The position numbers and the translations under genes are program-made. Positions 27,043-33,589 of a stretch of 55,069 nt of DNA are shown here, one piece after another. This DNA is from a virus (lineage: Duplodnaviria; Caudoviricetes), in IMG/VR virus record IMGVR_UViG_3300036792_000058, positions 1 to 55,069 of that record. The stretch is one strand, 5' to 3'. The notes below the pieces were generated by a model. It was not told the DNA's origin and ran no database searches. It worked only from the letters and a program-made list of their open reading frames with translations. Each line of letters begins with the position of its first letter. The first letter of the stretch is position 1.

Positions 27043-27626
27043 TTTTGCTCCTGCTGCTTACGGCGGATTCGCGTAAGGTCCATTGTAGCGAGCACGATGG
27101 CAGCGGAAGTAGGGTCTCCAGGGTCTACGTGGAAGCCCACGTCCTGCCCTGGTATCCAGTCCTTGATGATCCTCAGGTAGTGGCGGAGGCGCATCTCCTG
27201 GTCAGCGCCGAACGGGCCGCGACCGTCAACGTACGCGTAGTACGCGTCGTACAGGGCGTCCAGCTCGGCGTTTTCAGGGTGCGGCTTGTGAAGTACCTGA
27301 ATGTTGGAGACGGCCAGCGCCTCGATCGCTTTCCACAAGGGCTCGACCTTAGTGTTCAGGGTGCTGAGCTGGTCCTTTACCGGCTCCAGCGCTTCAGCTA
27401 TCGCGATCTTCGTGGAGGCGTCCTGGTGAGAGCTTTCCGCGTCCAGTTTCGCGTGAATGCTCTGGAGGTCTGCCTTGATAGGCGCGAGGGCGGTGGCCAG
27501 GCGGGCGTCCATAGCCGACTTGCGCTCGGTCCTGCGCCTTCCGAAGCGCGTTTCCAGGTAAAGGAAGAGGGTGCCGAGACCGCCGATGACTGTGCCTACG
27601 ATAAGCGCAATCGTCCCTGCGTCCAC
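27039..27626 (-). CDS. Holin-like membrane protein (N-terminal TM + coiled coil)
   Basis: 'IALIVGTVIGGLGTLFLY' then a basic/coiled segment; AGGAG RBS. Confidence 0.55.
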   Translation of the reverse strand: MDAGTIALIVGTVIGGLGTLFLYLETRFGRRRTERKSAMDARLATALAPIKADLQSIHAKLDAESSHQDASTKIAIAEALEPVKDQLSTLNTKVEPLWKAIEALAVSNIQVLHKPHPENAELDALYDAYYAYVDGRGPFGADQEMRLRHYLRIIKDWIPGQDVGFHVDPGDPTSAAIVLATMDLTRIRRKQQEQK

Positions 27627-27688
27627 GGGCCAGCTCCTGAATCCTGGGTGAAAACGACTACCTCACTCAAGAATAGGGGAGCTGGCCC
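27627..27688 (-). promoter_or_regulatory. Long hairpin that sequesters the RBS of 27039-27626
   Basis: GGGCCAGCTCC / GGAGCTGGCCC inverted repeat plus an inner TGGGTGA/TCACTCA stem. Confidence 0.55.
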
Positions 27689-27701
27689 GGCGAACCTAGA
27701 G

Positions 27702-28571
27702 CTATGCGCGCACTAGCCTGACAGGGTTCTGGCCTGGCACGACCGCAACGACCCATCCGTCCTGAACAGTGAGGTACCGGCCGTCTGAAAGATTGACGCG
27801 GAGCCCGAACTCAGGCAGGCTGTTACCTGACATCACACCCTTGAGCGGCGCGGCATTCGGGCCTCCGGCGATCGAGCTGAAGTGCCCGTACTCCTCAACC
27901 TCTTCCAGCCCGAGGTCTTCCGCGAGCGCTCCCGTGCCCTTGCCCCGGATGATGTGCTGGGTGGTCTGGTCCTGAAGGTGCCGGCCGAAGGCGGTAACGT
28001 GATCAGCGCCGCCCTCAGCTTCTGCCCATGCGGCTTGCGCTTCCGCCTGGTACGCGCTGTTCGCGAACTGGCCCTGGGCTTTTTCCTCGTCCCGCGCGAT
28101 CTCTTCCTCACGGCGGGCGCGGTGACGCTGGATGGCTTCCCACTCCTCGCGGGTGCGGCGGTGCACGGGGCGCTTCGGCTGGTTCTTGCGTGCCTCGGCC
28201 TCGGCCCGCGTCTGCACGTCGGCCCGGACTCGCTTGTTGGCCTCGGCCACCATCTCACGGCCAAGCCGCTGGAACGCACGGCCCTGTGACATCAGCTCAC
28301 CAGTCAGCGGGTCGTACACGTCACCCTGCTCGCGCTTGGCGGCCTCGCTGACCTCGAACTTGTACTCCGGCTCCCAGCCGAGCTTGTTCCAGTCGTTCTT
28401 GATGACGGTGACCTTGGCGACCGACGCGTTCTTGGCCTGGAGCGCCTGGACGATGACCTGGGGCGCGGCTGGCGGGTACTGCTGCGGCTGCGGTGTCACG
28501 GGCACGGGATAGGGGGCATAGGGGACGGGCTGCGGGTACTGGCTAACTGCACGACGGCGGCCTTTGGGCAT
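27702..28571 (-). CDS. Hypothetical protein with an Rv2632c/DUF1876-like segment and Pro/Gln-rich N-terminus
   Basis: 'EAAKREQGDVYDPLTGELMSQGRAFQRLG' pattern. Confidence 0.55.
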   Translation of the reverse strand: MPKGRRRAVSQYPQPVPYAPYPVPVTPQPQQYPPAAPQVIVQALQAKNASVAKVTVIKNDWNKLGWEPEYKFEVSEAAKREQGDVYDPLTGELMSQGRAFQRLGREMVAEANKRVRADVQTRAEAEARKNQPKRPVHRRTREEWEAIQRHRARREEEIARDEEKAQGQFANSAYQAEAQAAWAEAEGGADHVTAFGRHLQDQTTQHIIRGKGTGALAEDLGLEEVEEYGHFSSIAGGPNAAPLKGVMSGNSLPEFGLRVNLSDGRYLTVQDGWVVAVVPGQNPVRLVRA

Positions 28572-28573
28572 GG

Positions 28574-28801
28574 TTACATCTTCTCCTGGATCTTGAGGTG
28601 CTTGTCGTAGGTGAGGAAATGCTCGTACGGCAGCCTGCCCAGCCTCTTCAGGGCACCGTTCTTGGCTGCGCCGCGCAGAGCAAGTGCATGACCGTAAGCG
28701 CGGTTGAAGTCATGCCTCAGTCGCCGCCAGCGAGCGGGGGTGGGCGACGCTTCCCAGCGTTGCACCCGCTCTTCGAGCGTCAGGGGCTTAGTTTGGCTCA
28801 T
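28574..28801 (-). CDS. Small basic hypothetical protein
   Basis: ORF from ATG 28801 (MSQTKPLTLEER...). Confidence 0.55.
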   Translation of the reverse strand: MSQTKPLTLEERVQRWEASPTPARWRRLRHDFNRAYGHALALRGAAKNGALKRLGRLPYEHFLTYDKHLKIQEKM

Positions 28802-28856
28802 GCATCCCTTAACACGTCTAGGTGACGGATGATTCCCGGCGGGTAGAATGTCCGTT

Positions 28857-29411
28857 ATGTCCATGAAGAATTTCCCCGATCTCGCCAAGTTCGCGGCGCG
28901 GCCGGTGCCTGTCGGCTACCCGGTTGAAGAGCATATAACGCTCTACGCGCCCGATGACAACCTCCACGGCGCGCTCGGGGCCTTCATCGACTCCGTTGAG
29001 CACTCGCTTTCCCTTGCGATGTACGGCTTTGACGACGACACGCTGGCCACCGCAGTGCTGCGCAAGCTCCAGGACCCGAAGGTCTTCGTCCAGCTCTGCC
29101 TTGACTCCACCCAGGCGGCCGGCGTGCACGAGAAGGCCCTGCTGGCGACGGTGAACTACCCGAGCAACGTCGTGGCCTTCGGGCACAGCGAGGGCGGCGC
29201 GATCATGCACCTGAAGACGGGAGTCATGGACGGGCTCGACTGCTTCTCCGGCTCTACCAACTGGAGCGAGTCCGGCGAGAGCAAGCAGGACAACGAGCTG
29301 AGCTTCACCCGCCACCCGATGATCGCCTTCCGGCTGCGCCACAAGATCGACCTGATCCACGCGAGCATGCTCACCCAGATGGACGCCAAGCGGGTGGCCG
29401 GTGGCCAGTAG
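28857..29411 (+). CDS. Phospholipase D-family (single HKD, Nuc-like) nuclease
   Basis: 'MHLKTGVMDG...SGSTNWS...DNEL' HxKxxxxD/GSxN motif; TAGAAT -10 box just upstream. Confidence 0.85.
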   Translation: MSMKNFPDLAKFAARPVPVGYPVEEHITLYAPDDNLHGALGAFIDSVEHSLSLAMYGFDDDTLATAVLRKLQDPKVFVQLCLDSTQAAGVHEKALLATVNYPSNVVAFGHSEGGAIMHLKTGVMDGLDCFSGSTNWSESGESKQDNELSFTRHPMIAFRLRHKIDLIHASMLTQMDAKRVAGGQ

Positions 29412-29682
29412 CAAGGGCCGCAACAAGCGTCACACGCACAGGTTCAAGAGGCCCGCCAACGACGGCTTCGTACCGTACATGGCGAGTAAGCTGTGCGAGG
29501 TATGCGGGAAGCAGTGCTACCCCACCCGCGAGGACGCCAAGCACTCTGCTAGGGTGAATCATCCCGGTAAGGTGATGCACGTCTACTACTGCACCGAGCC
29601 CTCGGGGATTGTATGGTGGCACCTGTCGTCCATCCCCGCCGACAAGCTCACGCAACTGAGGGACAGGAATCATGATCAGTAA
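29401..29682 (+). CDS. Small Zn-binding phage protein
   Basis: 'CEVCGKQCYPTREDAK...VYYC...WWHLSS' pattern. Confidence 0.65.
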   Translation: MASSKGRNKRHTHRFKRPANDGFVPYMASKLCEVCGKQCYPTREDAKHSARVNHPGKVMHVYYCTEPSGIVWWHLSSIPADKLTQLRDRNHDQ

Positions 29683-29899
29683 ACTACTCAACTGGCTCAT
29701 GGGCTGGTACACCACCCGCCACATCAAGAAGCACAGCCCGGAGCTGTACAAGTTCCTGAAGGGCTACGAGTACCGGGACGAGGACTTCGTAGAAGTCGAG
29801 CGCCCTGAAGGCGGGACCAAGCTCCGCATCCACAAGGACGCGATGGAGAACCTGCGCAAGCTCGGCATCGACGAGAACAACATCCTCGACGACGAGTGA
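29672..29899 (+). CDS. Hypothetical protein
   Basis: Overlapping operon ORF. Confidence 0.55.
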   Translation: MISKLLNWLMGWYTTRHIKKHSPELYKFLKGYEYRDEDFVEVERPEGGTKLRIHKDAMENLRKLGIDENNILDDE

Positions 29900-30060
29900 T
29901 CTTCTGGAGCTGCCAGCGGTGCGGGCTGAAGATGTGGCCCGAGGAACTGCTGGAGCACGTCCGGCTGCTGCATCCTGACTTCGACAAGGACATTGAGCGC
30001 TGGGCGGACGGCGAGCTAGCCGTCTACGACGAAACCATCGACGAGGAGTTCAGGACGTAG
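29896..30060 (+). CDS. Small C2H2-like Zn-finger protein
   Basis: Translated by hand: WSCQRCG...LEHVRLLHP; GTGA overlap. Confidence 0.55.
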   Translation: MIFWSCQRCGLKMWPEELLEHVRLLHPDFDKDIERWADGELAVYDETIDEEFRT

Positions 30061-30064
30061 CGCC

Positions 30065-30847
30065 ATGCCCAAGACCAGGGCCCCTGAGACCAGGGGCAGG
30101 CACCGCATCGACCGTGCACCGGGGCCGGTTACCTCGGCCTACAAGATCATGTCCTTCAAGCCGAAGCACAAGCTCTCTGACCTGATGCTCCGGCTCTGGC
30201 CGCTCCTGCCGCTCATACCCCTGGCCTACGCCGCCGCTCACGGCAAGCTGATGGCCTATGCCGATGACACCCTCGGCTACGACGCGGTACTGGCACTGGT
30301 TGCCTGCCTCGCGGTCACCCCTGTCATCACCGCCGTCAAGATGCCCATCGCCAAGCTCCGGTGGTGGTACGGGAACTGGGTGTTCTTCCTCGGCGCTACC
30401 GGCCTGGTCCTGCACCTGGCCTACCCTCCGGGAACCCTCGCGGCCCGCGCCGCCGGGAACTCAGTGGACTGGACGGGCACCCTGATCATCGCCCTGCTGC
30501 TGCCCATGACCGCAACCTCGTCCGTCATCGCCCAGAAGCTGCTGGGACCGGAGTGGAAGCGCTGGCAGCGCGGGCTGGTGTGGGTGGTGTGGGCCGTCAT
30601 CGCGCTGCACCTGTACCTCATGCACGCCCCGGTCACCCTCGCGGCCTACTTCGCCGCCACCCTGCCCGCCATCGTCATCAGGCAGTCCTCGATTCGCAAG
30701 AGCGTCAAGGACTGGCGGGCTGACCACTACGAGAACGGCCACTGGTGGGTAGTGATGGGAACACTCGCTACCCTCGCCATCGCCGGCGTCACGGTCCTGA
30801 TGTCAGAGGAGATTCGCGTTGCCATCCACGCCGTCCTCCTCACGTAA
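30065..30847 (+). CDS. MsrQ/YedZ-like ferric-reductase-type membrane protein
   Basis: Multiple TM helices; 'LAVTP', 'LRWWYG', 'LPMTATSS...LGPEWKRWQR...LH' pattern. Confidence 0.7.
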   Translation: MPKTRAPETRGRHRIDRAPGPVTSAYKIMSFKPKHKLSDLMLRLWPLLPLIPLAYAAAHGKLMAYADDTLGYDAVLALVACLAVTPVITAVKMPIAKLRWWYGNWVFFLGATGLVLHLAYPPGTLAARAAGNSVDWTGTLIIALLLPMTATSSVIAQKLLGPEWKRWQRGLVWVVWAVIALHLYLMHAPVTLAAYFAATLPAIVIRQSSIRKSVKDWRADHYENGHWWVVMGTLATLAIAGVTVLMSEEIRVAIHAVLLT

Positions 30848-31004
30848 GCCAGCTATATCCAGACGGGGAATACAGCTAGCAACCGCAACGGTTCTAGGTG
30901 TTGTAACCATCTCCCTGATCCTCGGCATCCTTGCCCTCGGTGCCTGGGAAATTCACCTCAGCGGATTCACGCTGTGGCTACACGCAATGACAGGAAGGTA
31001 AGGT

Positions 31005-32252
31005 ATGTCATCTCACAGGCGCACGAGCAGGAAGAAGGCGTGGGCTGTAGCAGCCTGCATCGCCACTGCCGTCGGAACAGGGGCAGGCATCGCATACGCC
31101 TCGCCCGGAGACCACCCGCAAGGCGAGCACTCGTTCTCCGACCCGTTCCGGTACGTCAGCCACCAAGGACTGCACAATCTGACCAGCGCACCCGACTGCA
31201 CGCTGAAGGTGCCCTCTGACCCGCTGTCCGCTCGCGGACTGGCAACCCCCTACGTGCTGCACAGCGCCGGGGCCATGTGCAACGAAGACGAGACGACCGG
31301 CGCGTTTGTCCAGGCCACCATCCTCGACCCGGCTACCGGCGTGGTCAGCGTCTACGACCCCGAGGTAGTCACACCAGGCGAGAGCGCGCCCACACCTCCC
31401 GTGGTGAAGCTGCCACGCGATGCTGTGGTGTCCATCTGGACCGGCTTCAACGGCAACAAGCTGAAGCTGACCGGGGAAGGCGCTGGCGAGTTCGTGAACT
31501 TCGCCCAGCAGTCCTACGACAACAGCCCGCAGATGTTCACCGCACTCAACCGTGCAGTGCGCGCAGGGAAGCTGACGGTTCCTCCTGTCGGCATGGGCAT
31601 GGACAACCTGGCCTGCCCGACCACCCGCGACGCATCGGTCACCGACCAGGACCCGAACGACAACGTGCCGGTCACCTACCCGTACGCGTCTAACGCCTCC
31701 AACGGCTCTGACGAACAGCTCGTCAACCTGATTCAGGGAGCGCTCGGGTGCAAGGAATGGACGGTGCCGCTGCTCGACCCAGGCGTTGCCATGGGCTCTG
31801 GGATGGGAACTTCCACCTCCGGCGTGCTCCAGGAACTCCAGGCGGCGACCGACCAGCAGGTTCCGGTCCAGCTCGTGCCTGGTAACGACGAGTTCACCAC
31901 CACCAACGGTGACTTCGTTCCGCCCACGGGAACAGGCAAGTACGACATGTTCCGCAACAACCTGTACCGCGAGCAGGTTGATCAGCCCCCGGCGTTCTCC
32001 AACCAGACGGCGCAGTTCTGCACCAACCTGAAGGAAGGCGCAGCCCGCCTCGGGCAGGACCAGTCACTGGACGCGATGCAGCCGGCTCCGGCGTTCGCGA
32101 ACATCGGCACCAACCTCGCCAACGTCCTGGCCGGGCGGTTCGTGGCTACCTGGCAGTTGCTTGACTGCACAGGTATCTCACCGATCACAGTGACTACGCA
32201 GAACCCTGACGGCACGGGCCTCGTGGTCAGCGCGACTTACCCGTCACCGTGA
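31005..32252 (+). CDS. Secreted uncharacterised protein
   Basis: Signal peptide ending AYA; 'VPSDPLSARGLATPY', 'AFVQATILDPATG' and 'CPTTRD' motifs. Confidence 0.7.
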   Translation: MSSHRRTSRKKAWAVAACIATAVGTGAGIAYASPGDHPQGEHSFSDPFRYVSHQGLHNLTSAPDCTLKVPSDPLSARGLATPYVLHSAGAMCNEDETTGAFVQATILDPATGVVSVYDPEVVTPGESAPTPPVVKLPRDAVVSIWTGFNGNKLKLTGEGAGEFVNFAQQSYDNSPQMFTALNRAVRAGKLTVPPVGMGMDNLACPTTRDASVTDQDPNDNVPVTYPYASNASNGSDEQLVNLIQGALGCKEWTVPLLDPGVAMGSGMGTSTSGVLQELQAATDQQVPVQLVPGNDEFTTTNGDFVPPTGTGKYDMFRNNLYREQVDQPPAFSNQTAQFCTNLKEGAARLGQDQSLDAMQPAPAFANIGTNLANVLAGRFVATWQLLDCTGISPITVTTQNPDGTGLVVSATYPSP

Positions 32253-32283
32253 GGAACCATCACAGTCAGCTACATTAGGGTGT

Positions 32284-32619
32284 GTGGCCCGTACTCACCA
32301 TGCAACCCGAACGTGGCGTCTTAGCTGCGGCTGCCTGCGTGACTACCCCGGAATGCCGCTCGGGAAAGTGCACCAGGTTCTGTGCGTGGCATGCCGCACC
32401 GCCGTGACCACCTTGTACGCGTACGAGGAGCGGCGGTGCGGCTACACCACAACGGCCGGGCGGCCGGAAGACGGCAAGCTGATCCACGTGAGCTGTACCA
32501 ACACCGAGGGAAGCAAGGACTGTGGCAAGGGCCTCCACTTCGACAGGTACGTGCAGCTCAGGTTCACGCAGCGCGGCAAGCTGAAGGCAACCCGGACTGG
32601 CTCGACAGGTCGCCCCTAG
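32284..32619 (+). CDS. Cys-rich hypothetical protein
   Basis: Several Cys pairs (LSCGC, CVAC). Confidence 0.5.
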   Translation: MARTHHATRTWRLSCGCLRDYPGMPLGKVHQVLCVACRTAVTTLYAYEERRCGYTTTAGRPEDGKLIHVSCTNTEGSKDCGKGLHFDRYVQLRFTQRGKLKATRTGSTGRP

Positions 32620-32632
32620 CGTGTGATACAGT
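32602..32632 (+). promoter_or_regulatory. Putative promoter of the Y RNA array-Ro60 operon
   Basis: Extended -10 TGaTACAGT (32624-32632) ending 7 nt before unit 1; TCGACA at 32602-32607 (19-nt spacer). Confidence 0.55.
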
Positions 32633-32639
32633 CGGAACC

Positions 32640-32760
32640 TGGAGCCGGAAGGTACCTGGTTATCCTTCTGAACAAAGGCCCGTAGGTGGTGGAACTCCAC
32701 TGAACCCGCAAGGGTGTGCTCACTAAGCAGGGTAAACGGTCAGGTCCGTACTACGCCCCA
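32640..32760 (+). ncRNA. Y RNA-like unit 1 (degenerate tRNA-like cargo)
   Basis: GAGCCGGA 32642, GGTTATC 32658, ACCTG/CAGGT stem, CTACGCCC 32751; internal GTGG/CCAC and ACCC-GCAA-GGGT hairpins. Confidence 0.75.
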
Positions 32761-32775
32761 ACAACTACATACTTC

Positions 32776-32875
32776 GAGCGAGCCGGACAAGTGCCGGTTA
32801 TCTGCGGGAGATCGGAGGCGGCCCAGATACTTGCTGGGTGCGCACGTAAAACCCGGAACTTCCTTACGCCCGCTC
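32776..32875 (+). ncRNA. Y RNA-like unit 2
   Basis: GAGCG/CGCTC terminal stem, GAGCCGGA 32780, GGTTATC 32796, AAGTGCCGG/CCGGAACTT stem, CTTACGCCC 32863. Confidence 0.8.
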
Positions 32876-32878
32876 ACA

Positions 32879-32951
32879 TGCCAGGTAGCCCAAGTAGAGG
32901 CAGCCTCCAATAAGAGGAACTAAGTGGCGGTGTCGAATCCGCCCCTGGCAC
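32879..32951 (+). tRNA. Non-canonical tRNA-like element (pseudo-tRNA)
   Basis: 7-bp acceptor TGCCAGG/CCTGGCA, TA, D arm GCC/GGC, T stem GGCGG/CCGCC; but 6-nt anticodon loop (CAATAA), 8-nt T loop and no CCA. Confidence 0.6.
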
Positions 32952-32970
32952 TAGACAACTAAACAGCGTG

Positions 32971-33101
32971 ACAGTGAGCCGGATGTTGCCCGGTTATCAA
33001 TGGTTCGATTCCACTACCAGGCTCCGCTTCGGCGTACGCCTGGTGCGCAAGGCGCGCATCCCTCGCAAGAGGGAGACCCGGACACGCCTTATGCCCACTG
33101 T
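32971..33101 (+). ncRNA. Y RNA-like unit 3 (YrlA-type permuted tRNA mimic)
   Basis: ACAGTG/CACTGT terminal stem; T arm TGG-TTCGATT-CCA, closed acceptor ACCAGGC/GCCTGGT, D-like GCGC/GCGC, GCAA tetraloop hairpin; CTTATGCCC 33088. Confidence 0.85.
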
Positions 33102-33109
33102 GCCTCTTC

Positions 33110-33176
33110 GGTGCGAGCCGAATGCGAGCGTTATCCTTCTAAGATAAAATGCTCAAAGTAGTCTTACGCCCGCACC
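33110..33176 (+). ncRNA. Y RNA-like unit 4 (minimal, 67 nt)
   Basis: GGTGCG/CGCACC terminal stem, GAGCCGAA, GTTATC, TTATC-CTTCTAA-GATAA hairpin, CTTACGCCC 33163. Confidence 0.8.
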
Positions 33177-33188
33177 TACAACTTCAGA

Positions 33189-33267
33189 GCAGAGCCGGAA
33201 CAATGGGGTTACCCTTACCAAGGTCGAAAGATCAAGGATATTTCCCCGCCGTGACCTTACGCCCTGC
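33189..33267 (+). ncRNA. Y RNA-like unit 5
   Basis: GCAG/CTGC terminal stem, GAGCCGGA 33192, GGTTACC, GGTC-GAAA-GATC hairpin, CTTACGCCC 33256. Confidence 0.75.
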
Positions 33268-33286
33268 CCACTAACTCAATAGCGTT

Positions 33287-33437
33287 GCGGAGAGCCGGAG
33301 TTGTCCGGTTATCACTTGTTAAACTGGGTGTTGCGGGTTCAAATCCCGTCCGGGAGCCTCAGAACTTCCGGTAGCTCAAGCTGGCAGAGCACTAGTCTGA
33401 GTCCCGAAAGGGAGCCGGCGGCATCTACGCCCTCCGC
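33287..33437 (+). ncRNA. yrlA: Y RNA-like unit 6 (YrlA-type; full circularly permuted tRNA-Asn(GTT))
   Basis: GCGGAG/CTCCGC terminal stem; order is anticodon 3' half, T arm GCGGG-TTCAAAT-CCCGT, acceptor CCGGGAG/CTTCCGG, D arm GCTC-AAGCTGGCA-GAGC, anticodon 5' half. Confidence 0.9.
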
Positions 33438-33449
33438 GCCCACAGCAGC

Positions 33450-33563
33450 GAGACGAGCCGGATGTACCTGGTTATCCTTGCGAAGAATGTGGTTCGAATC
33501 CACCGGGCCTTCGGGCTTAGGGAGTGTGGCTTCTCCAGTTCCAGGTATGCTTACGCCCGTCTC
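33450..33563 (+). ncRNA. Y RNA-like unit 7 (compact permuted tRNA mimic)
   Basis: GAGACG/CGTCTC terminal stem, TACCTGG/CCAGGTA stem, T arm GTGG-TTCGAAT-CCAC, UUCG-capped stem, GGAG/CTCC arm, CTTACGCCC 33550. Confidence 0.85.
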
Positions 33564-33589
33564 AACTAACACACAGGAAGGAACACCCG

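Larger units (their letters stand above)
32640..33563 (+). repeat. Tandem array of seven Y-RNA-like units plus one tRNA-like element
   Basis: Seven copies of GAGCCGRA...GTTAYC...CT(T)AYGCCC, mostly separated by short A/C-rich linkers. Confidence 0.9.

Noticed and set aside
32640-33563. CRISPR array interpretation of the repeats (with the Cas4-like gene at 48589)
   Set aside because: The conserved sequence is split into short motifs at both ends of each unit, unit lengths vary about twofold, inserts are structured RNAs, and no cas1/cas2 or effector gene is present; solo Cas4-like nucleases are common in phages.
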